DNA of 64,000 nucleotides from Pelagibacteraceae bacterium AG-337-I02 (GTDB lineage Bacteria > Pseudomonadota > Alphaproteobacteria > HIMB59 > GCA-002718135). The DNA lies in NCBI GenBank assembly GCA_003282155.1, contig QBZY01000001.1, positions 172,312 to 236,311 of the forward strand, written 5' to 3'. Under the pieces are notes generated by a model that saw nothing but the letters and a program-made list of their open reading frames with translations, ran no database searches and was not told the origin of the DNA. Within the stretch, counting starts at the first letter, position 1. Each line of letters opens with the position of its first letter. This document shows positions 20,081 through 29,086 of the stretch, piece by piece. Both the position numbers and the translations under genes were made by a program.

Positions 20081-21133
20081 ATGAAATATAGAAAACTAGG
20101 TAATACAGATATTGATGTAAGTGTCATATGTTTAGGCACAATGACTTTTGGTGAGCAAAATAGTCAAAAAGATGGTTTCGATCAAATGGATTATGCTGTT
20201 GAAAGAGGAGTAAATTTTTTTGATACAGCTGAGCTATACGCAGTCATGCCTAGAAAAGAAACTTACGGTAAAACCGAAGAAATAGTTGGTAATTGGTTTC
20301 AAGAAAAGAAAAATAGAGACAAAATAATTTTAGCATCGAAAATAGCTTCAAAATCAGATGGTCTTGAATGGATTAGAGAAGGATCAAAAACTCTTGGTTT
20401 TGATAAAAAAAATATGAATGCTGCAATAGATGAAAGTCTTAAAAGATTAAAGACTGATTATATTGATTTGTATCAATTACACTGGCCTGAGAGAAAGGTA
20501 CCTAAATTTGGAATTTTAGATTTTGAGTATGATGCTAGTGATGATGATTGGACTACTGTTGAAGAAGTTTTATATAATTTAGATCAGATTGTTAAGGCAG
20601 GAAAGATTAGATATGCAGGTTTATCTAATGAGACACCTTGGGGTGTTATGAAATATCTTCAATTATCGAAAGAAAAAAATCTTCCAAGAATGATGTCTAT
20701 TCAGAATGTCTATAGTTTGGTAAACCGTGTATTTGATATTCATAACTCTGAAGTTTCAATTAGAGAAAATTGTGGTTTACTTGCGTATTCTCCTTTAGCC
20801 GGAGGTAGATTGAGCGGTAAATATGTAGGAGGTAATAATCCAAAAAAAGCAAGGTACACTCTTTGGCCAAGAAGATTTTCAAGGCACCATACTGAAAGAG
20901 GTGAAAACGCTATAGAAAAATATGTTAACCTTGCTCATAAACATTCCATAGCTCCATCTACTTTTGCAAATGCTTTTGTAAATGACCGCCCTTTTGTAAC
21001 CAGTAATATAATAGGAGCAACTACAATGGAGCAGCTCAAAGAAAATATAGATAGTATTGATATTACTTTATCAAAAGAAGTTTTAAAAGAAATCGAAGAC
21101 ATTCATTTAACAGATCCGAACCCGTGTGTTTAA
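20081..21133 (+). CDS. NADP-dependent aldo/keto reductase (Tas-like), copy 2 (tandem paralogue)
   Basis: 350-aa ORF colinear with copy 1 over its whole length and carrying the same AKR motifs. It starts 18 nt downstream of copy 1. Confidence 0.9.
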   Translation: MKYRKLGNTDIDVSVICLGTMTFGEQNSQKDGFDQMDYAVERGVNFFDTAELYAVMPRKETYGKTEEIVGNWFQEKKNRDKIILASKIASKSDGLEWIREGSKTLGFDKKNMNAAIDESLKRLKTDYIDLYQLHWPERKVPKFGILDFEYDASDDDWTTVEEVLYNLDQIVKAGKIRYAGLSNETPWGVMKYLQLSKEKNLPRMMSIQNVYSLVNRVFDIHNSEVSIRENCGLLAYSPLAGGRLSGKYVGGNNPKKARYTLWPRRFSRHHTERGENAIEKYVNLAHKHSIAPSTFANAFVNDRPFVTSNIIGATTMEQLKENIDSIDITLSKEVLKEIEDIHLTDPNPCV

Positions 21134-23016
21134 GAATTTAATAAATTACTTTTCTCTGTAGCTTTCAAATCGAAATTAATAGAATCATATCTATTTTTGA
21201 AACCTTTAATCATTAAGAAATATTTGCAAAGCAACCATATTTTATCTAAATTTTTATTATTAATAAAATCATTATTAATGTTCTTAAAATTGTAAACATT
21301 ATTTTTTTTAAATTCACTTTCATTAATTATTTCAGAAATCAAATTTATAGTATTTTCATCATAATCAACATTTTGTATAGTTAGACCTTGTTTAAATTCT
21401 TGAGTATACATAGTTTTAGGAAAATAATTTTTAAAAGCTTCTCTTAATACTGATTTTGTAAAACCATTTTTCAACTTATTAGAACCACTTAATGCTAATC
21501 CAAACAATCTTACATTATTGTCTAAAAAAGGCATTCTAACCTCAACTGAATTTGACATTGAAGCCCTGTCCCACTTATTTAAAAAAAATTGAAACCAACC
21601 ACAATAAGACATCAAATAAGTAAAACATATTTCATAAGAAAAATTTTCTAAATCTTCTAAATCGTCATTAATAATTTGATAACTCCCATCAAAATTACCT
21701 GTATGAAGATAGTTTTCAAAACCATAAGTTAAGTCTGGTACTGATCTGAAAGATATGGATGTAATCTCTTGGTCTCCTAAACCAAATAATCTTTTAAATT
21801 TATTAATATTTTGAGTTTTCCCAAATTTATTTATTGTTTTAAAATTATTAGCAATATTATTATAAATATCTACAGATAATTCTGGTATCCAATTTGGATA
21901 CCCTAAAAACTCATCAGCCCCATGACCATCAAGACTAACTTTAATTCCTTTTTCTTTTTGTTTTTTATATAGCTCAAATTGCATAAAATATTCTTCTACC
22001 ACCTCAAGGGATGAAACAAGATCCATTGTTTTATCAGCAGTCATCTTTTTAAATTCAACTATTCTATAATTTCTTTTAAATTTTTCGGATAATTGAACTG
22101 CGTCCTCTTTAGTTTTCATTTCCTCATAATCCATTATAATTGGGTTCAAATCTAAATCATCTTCGATCAAATTTTCTTTTTTTTGTATCAAATTCATCAA
22201 TGTGAAGATAGAGGAGGAGTCCAAACCGCCACTTAATGAAGTTCCAGTTTTAACATCGCTGTTCAATCTTAATTTTGTAGACTCATATAGAAGATCAAAA
22301 TAATCATTAACATTTTCTTTAAATCCTGAATTGATTTTTGGTAAATTTTTAAGTGGATAATCCCATCTAAAAATTTTTTTTTCTAAATTGTTTAAATTTA
22401 TTTTTAAATACCTTCCTTGGGTAAGTTGATTCACATTTCTAAATATTGTTTTAGAGCAATTATTTAGAGTAGTAGAATTTATACCTAAATTATTATTATC
22501 AAACTCAATTTTATTTTCTAATGCATAAAATGTTTTTATTTCAGAACTGAAAGCTAAAAAATTATCATTATCAAATAAATAACAAGGTTTATACCCAATT
22601 CCATCTCTACAAACTATTACCTCATTATTTTTTTTATCTAGTATTGCAAAAGACCATTCTCCATTAAACTTTTGAAATGAGTCTACACCCCACTCTTTAT
22701 ATGCATTAAGTACAACTTCAGTGTCTGAATTTGAATAAAATTTGTATTTCTTTAGTATTAGTTCTTCTCTTAAAGTTTTATAATTATAAATCTCTCCATT
22801 ATAAATAATCCAATATCTTCCATCTACAGACATTGGTTGAGAACCAAGATTTGATGTATCAATAATAGATAACCTAGTATGACCAAGTAAAAGATTTTTG
22901 TGATTTATAAATCCACTATCGTCTGGCCCTCTATGATTTAAAAGTGCATTCATTTTTAGGATTTTTGAAACATCAGTCTTAGATGTTTTAAATATTATTC
23001 CATTAATTCCACACAT
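21130..23016 (-). CDS. Asparagine synthase (glutamine-hydrolysing) family amidotransferase
   Basis: 628-aa ORF with the N-terminal Ntn nucleophile MCGI and HRGPD, plus the PP-loop SLSGGLDSS. The long, divergent C-terminal half suggests an AsnB paralogue rather than the housekeeping enzyme. Confidence 0.8.
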   Translation of the reverse strand: MCGINGIIFKTSKTDVSKILKMNALLNHRGPDDSGFINHKNLLLGHTRLSIIDTSNLGSQPMSVDGRYWIIYNGEIYNYKTLREELILKKYKFYSNSDTEVVLNAYKEWGVDSFQKFNGEWSFAILDKKNNEVIVCRDGIGYKPCYLFDNDNFLAFSSEIKTFYALENKIEFDNNNLGINSTTLNNCSKTIFRNVNQLTQGRYLKINLNNLEKKIFRWDYPLKNLPKINSGFKENVNDYFDLLYESTKLRLNSDVKTGTSLSGGLDSSSIFTLMNLIQKKENLIEDDLDLNPIIMDYEEMKTKEDAVQLSEKFKRNYRIVEFKKMTADKTMDLVSSLEVVEEYFMQFELYKKQKEKGIKVSLDGHGADEFLGYPNWIPELSVDIYNNIANNFKTINKFGKTQNINKFKRLFGLGDQEITSISFRSVPDLTYGFENYLHTGNFDGSYQIINDDLEDLENFSYEICFTYLMSYCGWFQFFLNKWDRASMSNSVEVRMPFLDNNVRLFGLALSGSNKLKNGFTKSVLREAFKNYFPKTMYTQEFKQGLTIQNVDYDENTINLISEIINESEFKKNNVYNFKNINNDFINNKNLDKIWLLCKYFLMIKGFKNRYDSINFDLKATEKSNLLNS

Positions 23017-23891
23017 TATATTTTAATTTTTTCCAGAAGTTTACGAACATTTTCAATATAGCTTCTATCCCATAAATAAACATTTAATAGTGAATAATAT
23101 AATTGATAAATTGGTTCATATTCTAAGTAATATTTATCAATCTTAATGTGATCGTTGTATTTATCTAAAAAATTTTCGTCAATAAATTTGGGGTTAAACC
23201 ATCTCAAATAAGATACTTCTAACTCATTATGACCATAAAAGGATCCTGGATCAATAAATCCAACAAATTTTTTATTTTTAAAAAGTATGTTACCTTCCCA
23301 TAGGTCACCATGTAATAGAGATGATGTTGGTTTGTAAGGTATAAAATTATCTATCTTTTTAATCAATAAATCAATTTTAGCGTTAATAGTTTTATCCATA
23401 GGTCGGTTTTTATTAATTAAGTCAAATATGTAATTTAGTCTTTTGTCTCTATAGAACTCTAACCAATTTTTAGAACTTGAATTAATTTGTCTCAAACCAC
23501 CAATTTGTGTGTCAAAACTAAAACCGTAATCTTTACTTTTATTGGAGTGAAGAGAAATTATAGAATTTAATAAATCACCATTTGTTTGGTTTGGTTGATC
23601 ATCATCATTATTTATGAATGACATTATTAATAAATTATCATTATAGTTAATAATACTTGGGAACTGACTAAACTTTTGTCTATTAAAAAAAAGCAGGTTA
23701 TCTGTTTCAGATTTTATAGCATTAAATTTATCATTATTTTTGTAATAATATTTGACAATAAACTCTTCACTATCACTTGTGACAATTTTTAAGCAATTAA
23801 TGTCAAAAGAGTTTGATAATAACTTGCTATCTATAATTTTTTTATTATTTAAAAGTTTCTCAATTTCTAAAATGATACTTTGTTCAACCAT
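23016..23891 (-). CDS. Fructosamine/ketosamine-3-kinase family protein
   Basis: 291-aa ORF with LLHGDLWEGNILF and IDPGSFYGHNELE, which are the catalytic and Mg-binding blocks of the FN3K / APH-like kinase fold. Its stop overlaps the asnB-like start (TAATG). Confidence 0.75.
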   Translation of the reverse strand: MVEQSIILEIEKLLNNKKIIDSKLLSNSFDINCLKIVTSDSEEFIVKYYYKNNDKFNAIKSETDNLLFFNRQKFSQFPSIINYNDNLLIMSFINNDDDQPNQTNGDLLNSIISLHSNKSKDYGFSFDTQIGGLRQINSSSKNWLEFYRDKRLNYIFDLINKNRPMDKTINAKIDLLIKKIDNFIPYKPTSSLLHGDLWEGNILFKNKKFVGFIDPGSFYGHNELEVSYLRWFNPKFIDENFLDKYNDHIKIDKYYLEYEPIYQLYYSLLNVYLWDRSYIENVRKLLEKIKI

Positions 23892-23896
23892 ACCAA

Positions 23897-24328
23897 ATGT
23901 TTAAAAAAATTAATTTTCAATTTCTAATTTCATATTTTGGATTAATACCATATGTTTTAACTTTTTTAGATAAATACTATTTTTTAATAGTTGAAGAAGA
24001 ATATCTACTTAGTTTTATTACTTACTACAGCCTAATAATAATTGTTTTCATAGGGTCTATAAATTGGAATTTAAAAAATAACCCACCCACTCACATAGTA
24101 ATATATGGTTTTTTGCCAAGTTTATTTGCTGTTATGATTATTATTTTAAGTCTTCTTAATATTAAAATTTTGATAATTTTTATTTTAATAACATTACTTT
24201 TATTAACTCAATTATTTTTTGACTATATTATTTTATTTGCAAACGAAATAAATAAAAAAGCATTTTACTTTCTCAGATTGCCTTTAACAGTATTGATTAT
24301 CATATTTTTATTACTCATTTCATTATAA
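23897..24328 (+). CDS. Small polytopic membrane protein (DUF3429-like)
   Basis: 143-aa ORF with four hydrophobic segments. The N-terminal SYFGLIPYVLTF resembles the GLIPF start of DUF3429 proteins. This is a weak call. Confidence 0.35.
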   Translation: MFKKINFQFLISYFGLIPYVLTFLDKYYFLIVEEEYLLSFITYYSLIIIVFIGSINWNLKNNPPTHIVIYGFLPSLFAVMIIILSLLNIKILIIFILITLLLLTQLFFDYIILFANEINKKAFYFLRLPLTVLIIIFLLLISL

Positions 24329-25310
24329 AGCTGACGCGACCAATTTTTTTACCTGCATGATTTTGCAGCTCAAATTTTTGTTTTTTTTCTAAATTTTCTA
24401 ATTCTTCCCTATTCATAATTTTTAATTTTTTTAAAATATTTATTATAGCAATTGGAATAGCTCTTTCATTTCCATCTGTAATTTTAATTACGCCACTAAT
24501 TTCTTTTCGAATATCAATAAATAAAAAAACACCTTCAGCTCCACTTTTACAAAACACTTTTCCTTTTGAAGCTTTTATTACTTTTGTGTCAAAACTTGCA
24601 GTTCCTCCAATGAATTCAGGATTTTCTAAAATTGAATTAAACAAGATTCTTACCTGTTCAGTATAATGATAATTATTTTTATAACTTTTAACCAAATTAT
24701 TTAATGCCTTTGATATATATTTTATTTTAAATGAATATTGTGGAGCACTACAACCATCTAGAGAGAAATTTTTCTTTGATAATTTAGTTTCTGTAAATTT
24801 ATTTAAAATTTTTCTAATATTTCTTTGATGTGTGTGATTATAATCAAGATAGTTTGTAATGCTATGATTATTGACTAAACAACTTGTTAACATTCCTAAA
24901 TGTTTGCCAGCGCAATTATTATGTAGTTCATTAAAATTTTTTCTAGAATATATTATTTTTTCTGAAGCTTTTTTATCTAGCGGCTCATGAATACCACACT
25001 GTAAACTAGTTGTTTTTAAGTTTACTTTTGAAATCCATTTTTCTAGTTCTCTTATATGAAATTTTTCTCCTTTGTGCGAAGCACAGGCTAAGGCTATCTG
25101 CTTATTGCTTAATCTATAATTTTTGATTGCATTTGACATTGCAAATGGAATAGCTTGAAATATTTTAATTGATGATCGTGGGAAAAAAAATTCATTATCA
25201 TTATTTGTAGATATTAAAGTTTTACCATCAGCATTTGTTACTAATACTTTAACTTGGTGACTACTCTCAACTTCTTTACCTCTAATGAAATTTACGTGAA
25301 TTTTAGACAC
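24315..25310 (-). CDS. Class 3 (Rhizobium etli-type, PF06089) L-asparaginase family protein
   Basis: 331-aa ORF with the blocks ESSHQVK, RSSIKIFQA, ACASHKGE, NNCAGKHLGML, DGCSAP, KSGAEG and KITDGN. These are colinear with the conserved blocks I recall from R. etli AnsA-type asparaginases. Confidence 0.75.
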   Translation of the reverse strand: MSKIHVNFIRGKEVESSHQVKVLVTNADGKTLISTNNDNEFFFPRSSIKIFQAIPFAMSNAIKNYRLSNKQIALACASHKGEKFHIRELEKWISKVNLKTTSLQCGIHEPLDKKASEKIIYSRKNFNELHNNCAGKHLGMLTSCLVNNHSITNYLDYNHTHQRNIRKILNKFTETKLSKKNFSLDGCSAPQYSFKIKYISKALNNLVKSYKNNYHYTEQVRILFNSILENPEFIGGTASFDTKVIKASKGKVFCKSGAEGVFLFIDIRKEISGVIKITDGNERAIPIAIINILKKLKIMNREELENLEKKQKFELQNHAGKKIGRVSFIMK

Positions 25311-25334
25311 GTATAATGTTATACAATAATGATA

Positions 25335-25964
25335 TTATTTTTGCTTAAAAAATGATTTAATAAATGTATATAAATTTAGGAAAGAGCCATACTTACCAAA
25401 AAATATTACATCTTTTTCAGTTATGCTCAAACATACACAGCCTGTGCTTTTTGATGCTATTGGCGTATGTTTAATTTTTTGATCGTTTATTTGAATATCG
25501 CCTTTTGAATATTCACCATATTCATCACAGAAACTACCTTCTAATACTAAAATATATTCTTTTCCACCATGGGAATGTAGAGGAACAGAAACTCCAGGTT
25601 CCATTTTTATTAATTTTAATTCGTCTTTGTCATCAATCGATGCAGTGTATTCTTTGAAACCTTTATAAACTTGTTTCCAATCTAAATTGTTTAGATTTCC
25701 AAAAAAGCTAGATAGTGGATCCTTAAGATTTGAAGCAGATTTAATATTTTCACTATTAATACAGTCTGTATACGTCAAATTTTTAGGACGAATGTTTTCG
25801 ATATCCATTAGATTTTCACCCAACATATTTTCAAATGTATTGCTAATTTTAGAAGCATTTGAATTTAGTTGTAAATATGTTGATGCAAATAGCGATTTTG
25901 CAGGACCTAGTATTCCTGATGCAAAATCAAAGATAAGTTTATTTTTTACTACTGTTCCATTCAT
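25335..25964 (-). CDS. chrR: ChrR-like anti-sigma factor (anti-sigma domain + C-terminal cupin)
   Basis: 209-aa ORF that overlaps the ECF sigma gene by 4 nt. The N-terminus FDFASGILGPAKSLFASTYLQLNSNA aligns with the ChrR YAAGxL...ATHLxxCxxC block. The C-terminal cupin has PLHSHGGKEYILVLEG ... KHTP. Confidence 0.7.
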   Translation of the reverse strand: MNGTVVKNKLIFDFASGILGPAKSLFASTYLQLNSNASKISNTFENMLGENLMDIENIRPKNLTYTDCINSENIKSASNLKDPLSSFFGNLNNLDWKQVYKGFKEYTASIDDKDELKLIKMEPGVSVPLHSHGGKEYILVLEGSFCDEYGEYSKGDIQINDQKIKHTPIASKSTGCVCLSITEKDVIFFGKYGSFLNLYTFIKSFFKQK

Positions 25965-26497
25965 CTTAAAAATCCCTGCATTTTTGTTAATATATGCCTT
26001 AGTCTTGATTTAACTGTCCCTAAAGGAATTTCAAGCTCATCTGCAATTTTTTTATGACTTTTATTTTCGAAAAAGTTCATTTTTATCATTATTTTTTGTT
26101 GTTCATCGAGCTCATTATTTATTCTTTCTATCTGTTTTTTTGCCTCATTTTCTTCAATTGGGTCAACTTCTCTATCTTGGTATAAAAACTCTCGTATATC
26201 TTCTTCTTGGAAAGTTATTTTTGAATTTTTCCTGAAAAAGTCTATTTTTTTGTTTCTTGCAATAGTAAATATCCATGTGGAAAGAGCTGATTTTGTTGAA
26301 TCATATAGGTTTGATTTCACCCAAACAGTACTTAAAACCTCTTGTGTTAATTCCTCAGAACTCTCAATTTTGATTTTATTTTGAATAAAATAAGCATTTA
26401 TTTTTGGGGCAAAAAAATCAAAAATTTCTGAAAAAGCCATTTCGTCGCGGTCTTTTTGAATCCTGTTCATTAAGTTATTAAGGTTTGATTTTTCCAT
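25961..26497 (-). CDS. rpoE: ECF-type RNA polymerase sigma factor (RpoE-like)
   Basis: 178-aa ORF with a sigma-70 region 2 (LTQEVLSTVWVK...STWIFTIARNKKIDFFR) and a region 4 HTH (SHKKIADELEIPLGTVKSRL). Confidence 0.85.
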   Translation of the reverse strand: MEKSNLNNLMNRIQKDRDEMAFSEIFDFFAPKINAYFIQNKIKIESSEELTQEVLSTVWVKSNLYDSTKSALSTWIFTIARNKKIDFFRKNSKITFQEEDIREFLYQDREVDPIEENEAKKQIERINNELDEQQKIMIKMNFFENKSHKKIADELEIPLGTVKSRLRHILTKMQGFLR

Positions 26498-26569
26498 AAT
26501 TTAAAAAGATTCCAACATTGCTTAAACGCTCTTAACTAATTAAGTAAGATATACTAAAAGAAGTAATTG

Positions 26570-27040
26570 ATGAAAATTTTTCTTAAGTTTTTGCTTGTGC
26601 TATATGTAGCACTTCCTAGTGATCTTAATGCTTTAGAAGTAGGTAAATGGTCTTTTGAGGAGACTGATGAGTATTGTTATATTGTTAGTTTAGCCACAGA
26701 AACAGATTTACCAAGCGATAAAAAAAGAGGAGACTTCTATGTTTTAGTCTATAAAAATATAGGCAATCCAGAAACTGTAGTTCAAATAGAGGCTGGTTAT
26801 AGCTACAAAGTTCCATCTGATATTGTTATAAGTATAGATAACGGAGAGTACAAATTTTATACAACTGAGGATTTGCCAACTGCGGCTTGGACAGAAGAAG
26901 ATGCAAAAGTAATTTTTGCTATGAAAAAAGGATTAGAGCTTAAGGTTACTGGCGAGTCTTCACGAGGCACAATTACCAATGATAGTTATACTCTTAATGG
27001 ATTTACTGCGGCGTATAATCAGTTAATAAACGATTGTTAA
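26570..27040 (+). CDS. Secreted protein, invasion-associated-locus-B (IalB)-like
   Basis: It has a signal peptide (MKIFLKFLLVLYVALPSDLNA), and the C-terminal LKVTGESSRGTITNDSYTLNGFTAAYNQL resembles the IalB-family end block. I prefer the ATG at 26570 to the TTG at 26567 used by the ORF track. Confidence 0.4.
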   Translation: MKIFLKFLLVLYVALPSDLNALEVGKWSFEETDEYCYIVSLATETDLPSDKKRGDFYVLVYKNIGNPETVVQIEAGYSYKVPSDIVISIDNGEYKFYTTEDLPTAAWTEEDAKVIFAMKKGLELKVTGESSRGTITNDSYTLNGFTAAYNQLINDC

Positions 27041-28228
27041 ATGCCTAAGAAAATTGTTTTAGCTTACTCAGGCGGATTAGATACAAGTGTAATTCTCAAG
27101 TGGCTTCAAAATAAATATAAATGCCCCGTAGTTACTTTTACAGCGGATATTGGTCAAGGAGAAGAACTTTCACCAGTTGAAACAAAAGCAAAAAGCTTAG
27201 GTGTCGAAGAAATATTTATTGAAAATTTACAAGAAGAATTTGTTAAAGATTATGTTTTTCCAATGTTTAGAGCTAACGCTCTTTACGAAGGTACATACTT
27301 GTTAGGTACAGCTATAGCCAGACCCTTAATTGCAAAGAGGCAAATTGAAATTGCTAAAATTGTAGGAGCGGATGCTGTAGCCCATGGAGCTACTGGCAAG
27401 GGTAATGATCAAGTTAGATTTGAACTTGGATACTATGCAAATAATCCAAAAATTGAAGTTATAGCACCTTGGCGAGATTGGGAATTTGAATCAAGAAATG
27501 ATTTATTAGATTATGCTGAAAAAAATCAAATAACAGTACCTAAAGATAAAATGGGCGAGCCTCCATTTAGTACAGATGCAAATCTTCTTCATACTTCTTC
27601 TGAAGGTAAACTTCTTGAAGATCCTTGGCTTGAACCACCCGAACATATTTTTTCTAGAACAAAATCTATTAAAGATACTCCAGATAAAGCAGAAGTTATA
27701 ATAATTGGATTTGAAAACGGTGATCCAGTTTCTATAAATGATAAGAAACTAAAACCTCACGAAGTTCTCACAAGATTAAATTCTATAGCTGGAAGTCACG
27801 GAGTAGGAAGAATAGATATTGTAGAAAATAGATTTGTAGGAATGAAATCCAGAGGAGTTTATGAAACACCAGGTGGAACTATATTATTAGATGCAAGAAG
27901 AGCAATAGAGAGTATTACTTTAGATAAAGGCGAAGCTCATCTTAAAGATGAATTGATGCCAAAATATGCTGAAGTAGTTTATAATGGTTTTTGGTTTTCT
28001 TCTGAGAGAGTATCAATGCAGAAATTGATAGATTCTATGTCACACAAAGTTAACGGTGATGTCAAAATTAAAGTATTTAAAGGTAACGTAATTATATTAG
28101 GTAGAAGATCAAGTAACTCTCTTTATGACAATTCATTAGTTTCTTTTGATGAAGTTGGTGAATATAATCAAAAAGATGCTGAAGGTTTCATTAAAATAAA
28201 CTCAATTAGACTTCGAAAAAATAATTAA
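27041..28228 (+). CDS. argG: Argininosuccinate synthase
   Basis: 395-aa ORF with the PP-loop [23 protein letters not shown] and [17 protein letters not shown]. Confidence 0.95.
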   Translation: MPKKIVLAYSGGLDTSVILKWLQNKYKCPVVTFTADIGQGEELSPVETKAKSLGVEEIFIENLQEEFVKDYVFPMFRANALYEGTYLLGTAIARPLIAKRQIEIAKIVGADAVAHGATGKGNDQVRFELGYYANNPKIEVIAPWRDWEFESRNDLLDYAEKNQITVPKDKMGEPPFSTDANLLHTSSEGKLLEDPWLEPPEHIFSRTKSIKDTPDKAEVIIIGFENGDPVSINDKKLKPHEVLTRLNSIAGSHGVGRIDIVENRFVGMKSRGVYETPGGTILLDARRAIESITLDKGEAHLKDELMPKYAEVVYNGFWFSSERVSMQKLIDSMSHKVNGDVKIKVFKGNVIILGRRSSNSLYDNSLVSFDEVGEYNQKDAEGFIKINSIRLRKNN

Positions 28229-28234
28229 TATTTT

Positions 28235-29086
28235 ATGGGTTACGGTGATGATTTACTTGTAACTTCCTTAGCGGCTAAAATTAAAAAACAGTTTCCAGAA
28301 AGACAAATTGTTATTGGTATTGCAGAAAAAAATCATGCATTTCATTCTCCAATTTATGAGAATAATCCAAATATAGCAGACTGTAGAAATTTAGATAATG
28401 ATAAACCCATTCATCTAATAGATTATCATGAATTAAATAGACCTTATATTGATTACGATAAAAGCATCCCAAATAATTATGTTTGGAGAAATTTTAAACC
28501 TATACCTGGTGAAATATATTTTTCAGACCAAGAAAAAATTGAAGCTAAAAAAATTGTTTCTGAGGCAAAAAAATTTTGGAAGGACAACCATAATAAAAAA
28601 CTTAGAAATGTAATTTTTCTTGAAACTTCATCAACTAAAATAAATGATACACAATTCAGTTTTAAACATCAAAATAAAGATTGGGGTATTCAGAATTGGA
28701 CAAGATTGATAAATAAATTAAAAAATGATTATTTAATTATTCAATCAACACATGCACAAACAAAAAAAATTAAAGGAATATTCACACCTCAAGTAACAGA
28801 TTTTAGACTTGCTTGCGCAATACTAAACGAAGTTGATTTTTATGTTGGTCCAGAAGGAGGTTTTGGTCATGTTGCAGCTGCATTAAATAAAAAAGCAGTT
28901 CTATATTTTGGTGGGTGGATATCACCAGATATTATTGGTTATGAATTTCATGAAAATATTTATTATGAAGACAAACAATCACCATGTGGTGTAAAATTAA
29001 AACCCTGCGAACACTGTTCTAAAGCAAGAGAAGTAATAACCGCTGATCTTTTCTTAGAACATATTTATAAAATTAGCTCTTCTTAG
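28235..29086 (+). CDS. GT9-like glycosyltransferase (heptosyltransferase family-like), short form
   Basis: 283-aa ORF with an N-terminal GYGDDLLVTSLAAKIKKQFP (GT9 iGDvl..tP...lk..yP-like) and a C-terminal FYVGPEGGFGHVAAALNKKAVLYFG (GT9 donor-binding block). Confidence 0.5.
   Translation: MGYGDDLLVTSLAAKIKKQFPERQIVIGIAEKNHAFHSPIYENNPNIADCRNLDNDKPIHLIDYHELNRPYIDYDKSIPNNYVWRNFKPIPGEIYFSDQEKIEAKKIVSEAKKFWKDNHNKKLRNVIFLETSSTKINDTQFSFKHQNKDWGIQNWTRLINKLKNDYLIIQSTHAQTKKIKGIFTPQVTDFRLACAILNEVDFYVGPEGGFGHVAAALNKKAVLYFGGWISPDIIGYEFHENIYYEDKQSPCGVKLKPCEHCSKAREVITADLFLEHIYKISSS

Noticed and set aside
18189-21133. Locally higher GC in several segments (BI-1/AKR genes, argG, the SBP, the MFS/gcrA region, the ffh-to-leuC region) as a sign of horizontally acquired islands.
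   Set aside because: The richer segments coincide with highly conserved or highly expressed core genes. They lack flanking repeats, tRNAs or mobility genes, so this is better explained by amino-acid and codon constraints. No statistics were computed.
26498-26569. A sigma-E (RpoE/ChrR-type) autoregulatory promoter upstream of the ECF sigma gene.
   Set aside because: A TAAGA-like element is present on the minus strand. I could not find a convincing -35 (TGATC-like) element at appropriate spacing, so the evidence is too weak to annotate.
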